Assembly (NCBI GenBank): GCA_015680685.1
Contig: MNCI01002454.1
Location: 37,612-101,611, forward strand
DNA from: Gnetum montanum
Lineage: Eukaryota > Plantae > Gnetophyta
Direction: 5' to 3'
DNA: 64,000 nt
The translations under genes and the position numbers were made by a program. The notes under the pieces were generated by a model, which was not told where the DNA came from, made no database searches, and saw only the letters and a program-made list of their open reading frames with translations. Shown here one piece after another: positions 38,001 to 51,260 of the stretch. Numbering within the stretch: position 1 is the stretch's first letter; each line of letters begins with the position of its first letter.

Positions 38001-41000
38001 AGATAGGTGCACATTAGGCTCTCAGTTGGTTTCATGTAAATTGTGCTGCTCTCAAAACTAGCTATTAGCCAATGTGTGTCCTCTTGTTTTATGGCTACTA
38101 TGTATAGGTATCTTTGAATATCTACCTCATTTGCATACTACCTACATGCGAAAATGTATGCTCTTTTCATAGACTAAAGTTTCTAAACACAGTTGCACTC
38201 TATATCGTTGTATGTTATGCATGGAACTTCTTTCTTCTTGATCTTTTCAAATGCATTTTCCTTGGAAATATCCAGGAAAAGATATCTGATGTCCATTTTT
38301 GCATCAACAGTACTTAGCCATGTCCTTCCCATAATGATTGGAAAATCCCCCTTGTAGTTCTCAACTTTGATCACTAGAAGATCAAAAGCATAATACCATC
38401 CATAGATAGTATCACAATATCTTTTACTAGTCCCAATGGAACAGTGATGGACTGGTCTACCAATTCTAATCTAATATTGCTCTTCTTAAGAGGCTATAGG
38501 TTCTAAGCAGTATACATCTTATGGGAAATCAGATTAACACCAGAACCTAAATCTAGAAGAGCTTTACATGGTTCATTCCTAGCAATCTATAAATAGATAA
38601 GGGAACTTCGAGGATTGACTACTTTCTTGGGAAGATTACTAGCCCAGATCCAGTTAGATACAACATGAGTTAACATAATAGCATGAATCTTGGAAGGCGT
38701 TTAGTTTCAAAGGCTCTTAATTTGATGATTTGTAGATGATGAGGAAGGAGTAAGGTGACCAGCTACATGAGTTTGTGAGTGCTTAGAAAGGTTTTTGGGT
38801 CAAAAGAATGGTCTTTTGCAAGGTGTAGGTTCCAAACCACTTCATTCATTAATTAGTTGTAGATTAATGGCCCTTGTACCATTACATTATTGCAACTAAG
38901 CTAGAAGCTCATCCTACATGGATGAGCAGGTGGTAGTTTTGTTGAGTATGAAGGAATAGGTGCAAGCACATGAGGAGGGTATGGATGGAATATGAAATCC
39001 CCCCCAGGAGTTGGATAATGAGTTCGGTGAAATTTAGAAGGGTGGTAGTGATGCTGAAAATGAGAAATTTCACTGGAAGAATCATGTGGAGATAGGAGTT
39101 GCTAAACATAGTACACATACAAATCTAGCTATCTATAAGGGTACTACTACAATGATGGTAACATCCCCCATGATAATGAGTATTGCCACTACTCATACTA
39201 CTCATATGATTGTTGTGGAGTTCCACTTGGATAATAAGGTTGTTGCTAGTGAAACTACCTTGGATTGCATTGAGGATAAGAGAATATTTTGAGTGTTTAC
39301 CTTTTTGATAGTCATGGATTCAAAGCATACACCCTAGATTCCTATAAGTGTGACACAACAAGGAAATATCCCTTAATATGTTCATAGTGGAAAATGTCAC
39401 ATCCATCATCATTATCTAATTTAGTCTTCACAACTTCTACTACTGCAACTTTGCCCTTACCCTTTGTAGGCACGTTCAGCTTCTTTCTACATCCTACAAT
39501 CACAATTACTACTCTTATCTCTTAATTCTTGTATGATTTTTAGAGTATTTTGGAATTTTTCATCCAACAAATCCCACATTTTATCTACCTTGGCAAAAAA
39601 TTTTGAAATAGATTTTTGGATTAGCAAGGTTTTTCATTGCATCACCTCATTAAGAGATGACTCCTCCTCACTATGACAAAAGTGGAGCTCCTTCTTTTTT
39701 ATGGAAGGGTTCCTATCATATTCTTCTACACTTTCACATTTTCTAAACTCTTCTTCTTTTTGTGCTACCTACTCAATCAACCTTTTTATTTGATGAAATC
39801 TTAGTTTTGATAGTCTTCCTTGGCCATAGATCCCAAGGGCCCTTTGTGTTTCTAAGCAAAGCCTATCTATGATGTGACAAAGTTGTTCCATCTAAGAGTA
39901 ATCATGGCTAGGACATCAGTGCAATAATGAATAATATCTACCCATGGTTGAATCCAAGGGTTTATGTTCCTTGTTTCCACCCTTAGATATACCTTCATAG
40001 GTTTGACACTCTATAGTATGTTTGATACTTGTCATTAAACAACTCTAGCATTGTACTCCATCGATGAATTGATTTTGGTTTCAAAGACCAGTACCAGCTT
40101 TCAGCTTCCTTGATCAATGTTCTGGGGAACAACTTAAGCTTTTGCAAATCATTTTTAATATTTTGCTTGTAGATGTATTTGAGAATCTAAGTTATATCCC
40201 CCCTTAAATCTAGGAATATTATTCATGTCTAGCCACTTGATTCAACTATCTTTCACATGCTTGATAGGAATTGCGATGTTGAGCATATTTTGCTTGTCTA
40301 GTAGAGCTTCATTGTCATGACCTTGATGATGCTTGTGATTTCCTTTACCATCCTTTCATTCATGGAAGTCTCTGAAATTATCATTATTATTCCACCACTT
40401 GCAATTCTTTTTAGATTTGGAGGAGGAAGCTAATCTAGATGAAGAGGATGAAGAGAGACGAGGACTGCCACCACTATGGTGTCTATCACTTTCTATTCAT
40501 TTGTCACAATCATGATCCTTAGAGTGATAGTCATTATTCTTGTCCAAGTTCCCACTTCAACTCCTTTTCTTAGAGATCCCACGACCATGGGACTTACTAT
40601 TACCAAAACCTGGATTATTAATTTTAATTTAGGATTTGGATTTAGCTCTCCTTCACTAGAGTTAAGAGGTGGAGAGTCTACATGTTGAGAATCCTTAGAA
40701 AGAGGTTCCTCATCATATTTTTGATTTAGCAAGAACAAGGAATTAGTGAACTATTTTCCTTTCATGGCTTTTTTGTGCATTTTCTATTTTTGATCTCGTT
40801 TGCATTGTGCCTTAGTGGGATGGTAGTCCTAGAAGTCATGATCTTTCACAATGTACTCTCCATGAAGCTCCTCAATTCCCAACCTTTTAAGAGTTTGGAG
40901 TAGCATCTTAGGAATAGATTGATCAGGTGGTAATACAATGTTCCCCTCCATGTCTTACCACTGCATTTGTTCATCTTGATGGAGGACATAAGTGAAATTC

Positions 41001-41090
41001 AACACAAACTCATCAAGATGATTGTACACCACTTTGCATTCTTGTGGTACTATTAACATAGAATCATCTCGCTTGTGAGAAGAAGAAGAA
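35050..41090 (-). pseudogene. pol: Element A gag-pol (gag-PR-RT-RH-INT)
   Basis: PR KALLDLGSGVNLI (~38525-38565); RT VFMDDF (~37205-37220); RH NYTTTEKELMTLVYALKKFRHY (ORF 36489-36773); INT HEGPCRGHYA and PYHLQRNGQVE. Confidence 0.92.
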
Positions 41091-41230
41091 ATTTTTGTTA
41101 GAAATAGTTTCTTAGTGTTCTTGTAGTATAGTTTTGATTAATTGTTGTACTTTAACTTTGTTAGGTTCGTTTCAATGATATTGAGTAATTTTCACTAATC
41201 CTAGATTGATAGTGCACAGTACTAGCTAAG

Positions 41231-41250
41231 AATCCATGGCAATAGCAACA
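41231..41250 (-). promoter_or_regulatory. Element A PBS, decayed tRNA-Asp type
   Basis: tgttgctattgccatggatt vs TGGCGCCGTTGCCGGGGATC, 1 nt from the LTR end. Confidence 0.6.
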
Positions 41251-41251
41251 A

Positions 41252-41968
41252 TGATGAACATCGAGATAGCCCTACACCCAACCATACAAATTAGATTTGT
41301 TATTAATTAGAAATTAAATTAGTTGAATTAGTTAATCAATTTATTCTCAATCTATTACCTAGTGCAATGTTAAATTAGTTGAATTTGATCAGATCATGGA
41401 TGAACTAGGTACAACACTAGCATCTAGTCCCACTTTTTGTACACATCCTGAACATGTGCAACACTACTGCATGACCAAGCATTAAGCACTACTAGGATTA
41501 CCAAGTGTTATACGTATGCTCAAAGTGATCATACCTATGTATGCTAGTCTATTTAGCTTATTTAATTACTTAATGTCTTAATTATTCTAGCTTAATTTTA
41601 TTACTTAAATAATCATTAAGCTAGTCCATGTGCTATAAGGTTTATCAAAAAGCTCATATTTATTACCACACACATTGCAATGCTCAGGTACAACAATGCT
41701 CAAATAAAGATCCATACACTCCTTGACTCCTACTGTAGGCACTTAAAAAATTATTCTATCTCTTATAGGAACAAATTACAAGAATTCTGATAGTAACTAA
41801 AATTTTCACTTCCTATTAACATAACTAGGATGTCATATTTATAGACCTACTAGGGTACCACATCGATGGGAACACATCAATGTAGGAAACCCTATGTAGA
41901 CGAGATCCAATCAATGGGGTTGCATTGATAGCATCTCATCGATGTAGCCAACCAAAGACACTTTATCA
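41252..41968 (-). repeat. Element A 5' LTR (shorter than the 3' LTR, internal deletion)
   Basis: tgatga...ttatca termini; homology to 29009-29879. Confidence 0.92.
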
Positions 41969-42545
41969 CCTACTATAAATAGTAAGGTGGTTATCAAAGG
42001 GGGTATGCCCATTTACTAAAAATGGAAAGAATGGCAAACAAGGGGTATCAAACACCAAAAACTCTGATCTTCCTAGCTATACCTACGCTAGATGTAGCAA
42101 GGGAAAAGAAAGAGGGGTAATATGAGGTCTTACACCTTTCTATCCAACATTGAGGTAGAGAGAGGGGTTGAAAACCAAAGTGGAAACTTTGAATTTCCCC
42201 AAGCAAATGGCTTTGGAAAACTACCAATTTTCTCAACAAGAAGAAAAAGGGGAATGGAGATTTGGGTGATAAATCTACCAACAATGGTTTCTATTGAGAA
42301 AATTTAGTAGTAAGAGGATAGATATCAACAATGGCCTTGTCTTTGAAATTCAAAGAAGGTGTGAAAATATAAAATGCAAACACTTGAAACATCCATGCTG
42401 AGGCTTTTATTATAGGGATATGAGTGACAGTGTTGGTTGTTGGGTAGATTTTAAAGGTTTTCATTGTAAAACTTAAAGATTTTGAAAAAGCAAGCAACAT
42501 TGGCAATGAGGTAAATAGGTTTTAACATAGAAACTGGACGGAGGC

Positions 42546-43729
42546 TATGGATCATTGAACTTAGAAGGGGGGAATGAATAATTTTCCCAAATTAAAACTT
42601 TCTAAGACAAAGAACATACACTAATTTCAATGTGGATTTCCAACTTAGGTAGTCCATACTTAGAGGGTAGATCACAAGAACACCTCTGGACTTTGTTGCT
42701 CTTAAATGTTATTTGACTATATAATCTTCAAGCCCTACTCCAAAGTGTTGTGATGTTACACCAACCACTCAACCCTGTAAGGTCCTATCAGGCTTTGAAT
42801 GTGGTTTCCAAGCTTTCAAAACTTTTACAATCTTCAGTGCCACTTAGGAGTGTTATGCAACAACACCAATAAGTTAGTCCTGCAAAATTGCGAAATGCTC
42901 AATCAAGATTCCTTCTTGCAAGGAGCACATCAACCTCATAGGGTAACAAGAGAGAACAACAATTGCAAGGAATGAATGCAACTTAGTTTGTTGATCTTTG
43001 AAATTTCAGGTACAACACACTTTACAATGGATAAATGATAATACAATGAAGAGAAACAATGATTACAATGATTGAAAAATGATTAGACAATGATTGTACA
43101 AGATCTTGTGCATTTTCCAATGCATATGATGTCTTCTTATAGCTACCATGTTTTCAAATCCATCTTGGAACTCATGCAATAGCTAGCTAATGATAGCTAA
43201 CAATCATGAAAGATGTCTTCTTCATGCTTGAGATGCCTTTCTGTATTTGTCCTCTATTTTGGGAAGATTTCTTTATCTAGGAAAGACATCTTTCTAAAAT
43301 CTCCATTTTGGGAAGATGTCTTTGTCTAGCAAAAGACATATTTTTTAAATTAGCCTGCATTTTGTGAAGACATCTTTTCCTAAGGAAAGATGTCTACTGT
43401 TTCTTGAAGATGTCCTTGCCTATGCATCCTCCAATTCTACCAAGATGTCTACTATTTCTTAGAGATGTCTTTCTTAAACCTTCCTTTGCATGATGAATCC
43501 ATTGTTCCTTTTTCATAATCTTACATTTCTACACTTGTTAATGATGATAACTTTGTTTTTCCACATTTTTTGAATTCTCTTTCTTTGAGCTTTTCTTTTA
43601 TGAATGAGACCTATAGATCTTGTGGATGAGTTTCTCCTTGTCATCTCATCTTGTTCCTATAACCACAAACCATACACACAACCTTTTTCTCAATTTTTCT
43701 TAATGTTTTGATACACCAAAAGGTTCATA
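42546..43729 (-). mobile_element. Sirevirus-like Copia solo LTR inserted immediately after the T2 PBS
   Basis: TSD GAGGC/GAGGT (42541-42545 / 43730-43734); termini decayed TG to TA; tattcattccccccttctaag end motif on -; 5' end matches LTR start at 63780 (aaccttttggt...caaaac.ttaagaaaaat). Confidence 0.8.
43205..43475. repeat. Cluster of AGACGTCT-derived palindromes (agatgtct/agacatct) in the Sirevirus-like LTR
   Basis: About 10 copies visible; same motif at 52160-52345. Confidence 0.75.
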
Positions 43730-43734
43730 GAGGT

Positions 43735-43750
43735 CCTCCTTCTAACACTA
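43735..43750 (-). promoter_or_regulatory. T2 primer-binding site, tRNA-Asn type
   Basis: tagtgttagaaggagg vs TGGCGCTAGAAGGAGG, 13/16 match, all mismatches transitions. Confidence 0.8.
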
Positions 43751-43757
43751 GATAAAT

Positions 43758-45225
43758 TATAGCAACTAAAAATTTTAGTTTCTAGAGGAACCAAGGCATT
43801 TGTAGCACACACAATTTTTAACCTTAAATCTCTAGGGCCTCTACAATAAAAATAAGATCTATAGTGCTCTGGACAATCCAAAAAAATCACCTAGGAACTT
43901 ATGACATGTGAAACAAGGTAACCAAAATGCAAATGTAGAATGCAGATCTAAATGTAAATTGTATCTAAATAAAACTGATGAAAACTTGCACATAAATAGA
44001 GTTGTAAAAGTTTGTTTTAGAAAAATAAAAGAGGTACAACAAATGTTTATAATATGTCCTATTGTAGCAAGGGGGGTTCACTTTCCAGGGGGTCAAGGTC
44101 CATTGAAGCTAATGCTATCAACTCCATGATCTAGAGATCCTACCACTCGCAATGCTTTCAAACCTTCACTTCTAACACACTAGATATGCTATGTTGTTGA
44201 TGCAAGGAGGATGAGAGGTATGAGGGATTTGGGGTACCGAAGTCAGCAATGTTATGAGTTGTGATTCCTAAGAACTTAGCGTGGATACCAAAAGCTCACA
44301 AATCTCAGGGAGGGATAACAAACTATAAGGGTTCCATGGTGGGGGGTTTGAGAAGCTACATTTTTAAAGAGTTGCAAGAACTTTCAAACACCAAAAATGC
44401 CAAAGTATGCAAATGTCAAAGCGATGAAACCTATAAATGGCATTTGTGCCTATGTTTTATAGTTTTTGGACCACTAATTTAGCTTCAAATTAGCTATAAT
44501 CTTAGTTGCAAATCGCTAACAAATTGGTTGTAAATTTTTTCTATGCTTAGGTGAGATGGCTGTTCAAACCAAGGGGGGTTACCATATATGGTAAGTATCA
44601 TAGCCTCATGGCTATTCCATTTACTAAAAATAGTAAATGGATATTTTATCCATGTTGGCTTTGTCCACCCATGCTATGCCTTCCAACTACAACATTCACA
44701 TGTAGGATCCTTAGTGGAGTTGGTGCTGTGTTGAGATCTTACCCATGTTGAATCAATGATGGGGGTGGGGGGGATGATGTATCAATGTTGAGGGTTGATC
44801 TGTTAATGTTGGGGGGTAAGGGCTATACCCTCTATGTTGGGCATGGGTCTTGCCATACCTCTCCATGTTGTGCATAAATGTCATCACACCCCTCCATGCT
44901 AGGGGTAGGTGAATTATACCCCCATTCAGATCTCTTCAGCATGGAAAACATTATGCCCTCCATAAAAACCATTAAAATTCCAATTTTAGCATTTCAGAAG
45001 GTACTTTAATCCCTCCCAGAGCCAAAATATAGATATTTTGTGAATTTTTTCACTTGGGAAATGAGGCTTGAACCACTTATGAGGCATTTTTCAGCCACAA
45101 AAGTATAAAGTATGTAAGATTACACTTCATGGATTACAATCTTCACACTTAGAAAGAATTTTTGCCTTAGGTTTCATGGGATAGGGTTACAAATGTTACA
45201 ACATGTGAATTTCATGATATTTCAA
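43758..45225 (-). repeat. T2 5' LTR (outer end not defined)
   Basis: Adjacent to PBS; homologous to the T1 LTR and to 11638-11970. Confidence 0.7.
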
Positions 45226-45229
45226 TCAT

Positions 45230-45591
45230 ATTAATAGCTATTCATATCATAAGACTCCTTGGTCTTACTCAAATGTACTGAAAAAGGGAATTTTGCAAGA
45301 CAAAGAAGAATGGAGGATAACTCAAAAGCACAAGAAAGTTCATAAAGTATGGAGAATAAAAAATAAGGAATGGAAGAATGAGAGGACTCTCTTAAACAAT
45401 TTTGTGAAAGGGAGCCAAGCCTTGAAAATTGAAGAAGTCTATGTGAGAAGAGAAACCTTGAAAGAGGAATCTCATGCTTAAGCTTACTAAGCACTTTCAT
45501 TCACATCAATAAAAGAAGGTAAGTAGAGGTAAGCTTTTAATTCATTGTATTCCTAAATTTCATCTTGTCAAGCCTCATCCAAAAGAGATGT
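45230..45591 (+). repeat. 5' part of a Sirevirus-like LTR
   Basis: Purine-rich; ttttgcaag.ca...gaatg...actcaa resembles 63848-63880; ends in an agatgt motif half. Confidence 0.4.
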
Positions 45592-46483
45592 TGATAAATC
45601 ATATATTGGCTATGTTGACTGGACCCCATTGACTAGGCCTCATCAACTAGGCCTTGTTGATGCATGATTTGATGCATTGACATGGTCCCATTGATGCATT
45701 GTCTATTTTTGCCTATAAATACATGTTCACCTACCATGTTTATGATAATATTTATCATAGTATAATAGAGCTCTTGTATAATATTTATAATAGTTTTTCT
45801 TCTCTAGAGTTAGAATATTTTTCCAAATGCCCATAGCAGGAGTCATTGAGTGTTCATATCTTTATTTAAGCACTATTGTACTTGAGCACAGCAGTTTGTG
45901 CAGCAATAAAGATGAGCTTTCTAATAAACCTTGCAGCACTTTGGTTAAATTAAATATTTCCTCATGTATTCAATGTTTTTAGCTATTTTATTTAATGATT
46001 TTAAGTAATTAAGCTAAATTAACTTAGATGAAATAGTGATTAATTAAGTACATAAGTACAATCACTTCAAGCATGTGCATGATGCTTAGTAATCCCAATA
46101 ACTCATAACATTTGGTAACCAAGCAGTGTTATATGTGTTCAAGATGTGTACAGAAAGTGGAAATGGATTCTTATGTTAGGATTAGTTTGGTGTAGCTAGT
46201 TAAATTAAATTAGCAATTAAATTACTTCATTCTTTTCATCCTTTACTTTAAGCATTGAAAACATAAAACATGAAAATAATAAAAAAAACATATGCCTTAG
46301 TTACACTTAACCATACCTTTATATATCACAAGTGTAATTGGGACAATGAATGACTATTAGGGCTAGTTCCAGTTCCTAGAGACTAGTGTACTAGAAGACA
46401 AAGGGTCCACAAAATTTGATTGGATCATGAGTGAACACTTAGTGATTCATATGGTTGGACATAGGGGCACTTACTGCTCATCA
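45592..46483 (+). repeat. Element B 5' LTR
   Basis: tgataa...tcatca; cctataaat TATA-like at ~45712. Confidence 0.9.
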
Positions 46484-46636
46484 TTGGCACCACTACCATG
46501 GATCCTTTTTGTTTGAAATGTACGCATCTAAGCATAGTAAAAATCATTAACATTGTTGGATGAACCCTGAAGTCAAAATCATTCTAAAAATAAATATAAT
46601 AATTTAAGCACATTAACATCTTATTCTAATTGCAAA

Positions 46637-48666
46637 ATTTCTTCTTCTCACAAGCATGATGATACTAAATTATTAGTGAATTTATGGTGATATATACTCA
46701 TCCATATGAGTATATGCCTGACTCCATCTTCATCCTACATTAGGATGAACAACTTTACTGATGAGATATAGAGGGCAACATTCTATTGCCTCCCGATTGA
46801 TCTATTCTTGAGATGCTACTCCAAACTCTTAGGACGTTGGATATTTAGGATCTTCAAGAAGAGTATGTTGTGCATGACCATGACTACTAGTACTACCATT
46901 CCATTGAAACACAACACAAGAGAGATCAACACTAAGCGAAGTACCATGAAGCTCTGAAGGTGAAATGGTTCACTAATCCCTTATTCCTACTTAATCAAAA
47001 TGACAATGATGATTCTCCTTTTGGGGGTTCTCAACATGAAGGTTCTCCACCCCTTAACATTGATGATGGGGGCTTGAACCTAAATTTATAATTTACTATC
47101 AACAATCTAGGTTCAAGCAAAAGTGGGAGACAAGGCAAGTGCTTAGGTTAGCGTCAAGATGACCAAAAAGCTAAAAAACATGGTCATGACAAAAATAGAG
47201 GAGATGCAAACATAATTGTGGTGGTATCCCTCCTCTCTCTTCATCCTCTTTGTTTGCATATTCTTCTTCATCTTCTAGTTCTAACAAATGCTACAAAAAG
47301 GACAACCATGATGACTGTGAATAGTGGGATAATAATGATCATTGAGCCCATCATGAATGAAGGAGTAGTAGAGGAAACCATAGGTTTCATTGAACTAATG
47401 ATGATGATGAACCTTTTCTAGCAATTCAGAGCATGCTAAAAAATGTAGAGAATAAAAATTCCAACTAGGCATGTGAAAAATAGTCGAATCAAGTGAATTG
47501 ACATGAATAATATCCCTAGATTTGAGGGGTGATCTAAATCTGATCCATGAATACATATTTAGGACTTTCAAAATGCTTGTGCCTTAGAGCATATTGAAAA
47601 TGATTGGCAAAAATTTAAGCTATTTCCTAGGACACTTGTCAAGAAAGTAGAAAGCTAGTACTGGTCCTTGGAACCAAAATCCATTTGTAGGTGAAATACA
47701 ATGCTAGAGTTGTTCAATGATAAATATCATATGTACTCTCAAGTGTCTAATCTAAGAAGGTAGATCCAAAGATAAAAGTAAGGAATACATAACCCCTTGA
47801 ACACTGCCATGGGCAGATACTACTCTCTCATACATTGATGCCCTAGCCATGGTTAATCTCAACAAGAACAACTTCGCGACATCATAGATGGACTCAGATT
47901 ATAAATGATAAGAACTCTTAGGGTTAATGCCCAAAGAAAACTATTAGAACTTAGAGCCCATCAAATCCAAAGGTTGATAGAGCAAATAGCAAAAGAAGAA
48001 TAAAATTTGAGAAAATGTGAGAGTGTTAAGGAGCATAACCAAAATTCTTCCATTAGAGAAAGGGAGGTTTGATTTTGTGATAGAGAGAGGGAAGCACCAC
48101 TTGATGAGGTGGTGTAACAAAAAACCTTGCCAATTCAAAAACTTGTGTCTAAAATTTTAGCTAAGTTTGAAAAAATGTGGGAACCTTTCAATGAAAAATT
48201 TCAAACCACTTTGAAAATTGTAGAAGAATGCAAAGACCAAGGTAGTCATCATGACTATAGAAAAAAGGAAAGAAGCTGAACATGCCTACCAAAGGGGTAA
48301 GGGTAAGGCTACAATAGTAGAAGAGATTGTGGAGTCAAAATTAGATGACGATGATGGATGTGACATCTACCAACATGAACATCCCAAGGGATGTTAGCTT
48401 GTTGTGTCACACTTATAGAAATCTGGGGTATATGCTCTAAATCTTAGACTAGTACAAAGGAAAGCACCCAGAAGGTTGCCTTATCATCAAGGAAACCCAA
48501 GGTAGTTCCACTAAGAACAACAAGCTTATTATCCAAATGGAGCTCCATCACAACCATTTGAGTAGTATTAATAATGGCAACACCCACAATCATGGGGGAT
48601 GCCGCCACCACAACAGCAATACCCTTACAAGTAGCTAGATCCATATGGGTGCTATGTTCAACAACC
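46637..48666 (+). pseudogene. gag: Element B gag (3'-truncated)
   Basis: Colinear with A gag (41090-39100) up to ctatgttcaacaac; IPRFEG and KLFPRTL motifs. Confidence 0.8.
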
Positions 48667-48669
48667 AAT

Positions 48670-51050
48670 GTCTATAAACATCAAACTAAGACATTGGGTG
48701 AAAACATGAACAACTAACAATGAGGTAAGTTATGGCAGCATTGATAGATGATGAAGAGAGTGGAATAGAGTTCCCAATCCTAGTCAAATGAAGTCCCTTA
48801 TGAAATTCATGGTATAGAGTTTGATGCGCTTACACCAGTGAAGCACATATACTTCAAGATAGTGGCTTATCACCTCAATCCAATAATGAGGCCCAACAAG
48901 GTGACTTCTTTCTCTACCCATGCATGTTCCCCTTTAATTAAGAAATTCCCTATAAACCTTCCACATCTAATCTATCTAGAGATGGAAAGGTGCTTCAAGG
49001 AAAACAAACATGGAAGGAAAACCCTAACCTTTCCATGCCCTATTAGGAAACTCTATAAAAATGGCAAGGATAGTCCTCTATGAAAATGACATAATCAAGT
49101 ATACTCCCATTTCCTCCTTGTCTAAAATGATGAAAGACAAGGCCCATACCATGTCCAAATAAGAGGAGTAGCAACCACCTCCTCTACAAACCACTCAAAA
49201 AATATCATTAGAGGCCCATGCTACCATTGAGCACCTATGTAAAATCTGAGAGTAGCTCTTATGTGAGTAGGTGCAGTAAGTAGGAACAAGTGGGGATCCA
49301 TTTGTGTACCATCTTACAATGAATCACCTCAATGAAGTGATTTGAACAATCAGTTACATGAAGGGAGGTGGGTCAAAATTCTTAGCCCAAAGGATGTAGC
49401 TGCCTACGAAGTTGAATCCTAGTGCCCAAGAGGTAATGGTGTCTCTCTCGCAATAATATAAATTCCTAAAAATCTCTGGGAATGTTGCTACCTTTTCAGT
49501 GTGCTTGAAGGAGGGTAAGGGGGCAACTATCATGGTGATGCAACACCAAGGGTAGGCGACAACAATAGAAGTTCTTTCTAATCAAATTGCTAAAGTACTA
49601 AATGCACTTGTGGCATTTGTACTAGACATTTCTACACTCAAATATGTGTAGACATCTACAAGAACTATTAGCAACCAATTGAGTGTAGCTAGGCATGAGG
49701 AATTGTTGGATCGACTGGTGCAAACCAAAAAACCAGTTCTAGATATATTTGATTTTCTAGATAACATCACCATAATCCATTCAAAGATCCTTAAAGAAAA
49801 GGGCAACTTGAAATGGCTCAAATGCAAAACCAACACTTGGCCGTGAAGGTTGTCGAATTAAGAGCTTGCCTTGTCAATCCTGTGCTCCTCAACCCTGCAC
49901 TGACAAGAGATAAAGCTTTTCAATAGTTTTAGGATAAACTTAAATAGGTTGAAGTGGGAATGGTGACAGCTATCTTTAACTAGTCTATGGTCGAGGCCAT
50001 GACATATTCAGTTCATAAGGACTTGATCTAGATGCATCTAGAGATTGAGATGCTAACCCCAAAGAATCATTACCTATGAAATGTTGATGTGTATAAATAG
50101 CAGATGCAAGAATTCATCCATCAACAATGTGAGCAACTAGCTAGGGTGAACACTGAGCTTAGGAGATCAACAGTAGAAAATAAAAATCTCTCTATGGAGG
50201 AATTCCATGCCTTATGCCAAAAATATGCAATTGAGATTACTGCCTAAAAGAATAAGGCTCTCAAGATTAATAGAGTTAAGAACCACTGCAGAGATTGGGT
50301 TGACCTATAGAAAGAAGATAATGAAAAACACATCCATATAGCTAAGGCAAAAGTTAATGAAATCCTTCAGTAAGGAAAAGAGATGTGACAACCTATAATT
50401 GATGGGATAGATGCCTACAACAAAGAGGAGATCTACCTGAAGAAGTTGCAAATTGAAGAGATGATAGAATACATGGAGCTTTCTAATCTTTGATATGCAA
50501 ACCTGGCAATGTTAACTACTAGATGACCATAATTAGAGTTAGAGAAACAAGTGGCCAACTTGTACTTGTTGTACAAGGTAGAGTTCAAGAATCATAAGGA
50601 AACCAAGAATAAGCTTGAGACTAAAATGCTAAACTTGAAGTTCTTAGGGAAATATTTACTAATCAAAGATCAAGTACTAAGAACCTAGCTAAAAGAATGA
50701 ATGATCACTAAGAACTACAAAATCCAATCAGGATGTTTAACATCAAATGCAAATAATTTGTTGCCTACTTAATTAATGTCAAGAAGCTATTCTTAACAAT
50801 TCCCTATCCTTGGGATTTTCCCACACTAGCCCACATTGGCAAAGCTATATGGACTATGCACAATCCCAAGAGTGAGGAGAAGATGAAAGCATTGTTGAAT
50901 GCTTTTTACCTTCCACTAAAAGTCACAACTGTAGTAGATAATCACAACAGTCTCAACCACCCTATGTGCTTGAAGTAGGAGAAGGTCTTTCAAAACCTCA
51001 AGAGCCTCCACCACTTGGGACCATTTAATCTTCTTCATCATCTTCACACC
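48670..51050 (+). pseudogene. Element B ORF2 (5'-truncated env-like/Transposase_32-like + coiled coil)
   Basis: YFKIVAYHLNPIMRPNK...LIYLEMERCFKENK...FPCPIRKL (ORF 48838-49083) matches A ORF2. Confidence 0.75.
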
Positions 51051-51260
51051 ATCAAAGGGATTTTCTTTATCAAATTTTGTCCTGGTGCTTAATTTTGTAG
51101 TCTTGAACACCAAACGAATTTTGTAATGATTTTATATCTATACACTCAAGCACTTAGTATTTGTTTGTGTTTGTCATATGTCTATTATCATTCAATAATT
51201 TCATAACTTTCCAAATTTGTAAAGAACTCGAGGATAAGTTTTCATTTAGTTGTGGGGGTA

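Larger units (their letters stand above)
29009..41968 (-). mobile_element. Athila-like Ty3/Gypsy element A, structurally complete, inserted in the T2 leader
   Basis: Two LTRs, TSD CCTAC (29004-29008 / 41969-41973), tRNA-Asp-like PBS, PPT, gag-pol plus ORF2. Confidence 0.93.
11638..45225 (-). mobile_element. Tat-lineage (Ogre/Retand-type domain order) element T2, ~19.4 kb after removing nested A and the solo LTR
   Basis: 5' LTR 43758-~45225, PBS 43735-43750, gag-PR 28730-25289, intervening block, RT-RH-aRH-INT 15660-12426, LTR fragment 11638-11970 matching 44915-45225. Confidence 0.8.

Noticed and set aside
41974-42545. Ogre-type ORF1 upstream of gag
   Set aside because: Leader is only ~0.9 kb after removing insertions and shows no conserved coding frame with T1
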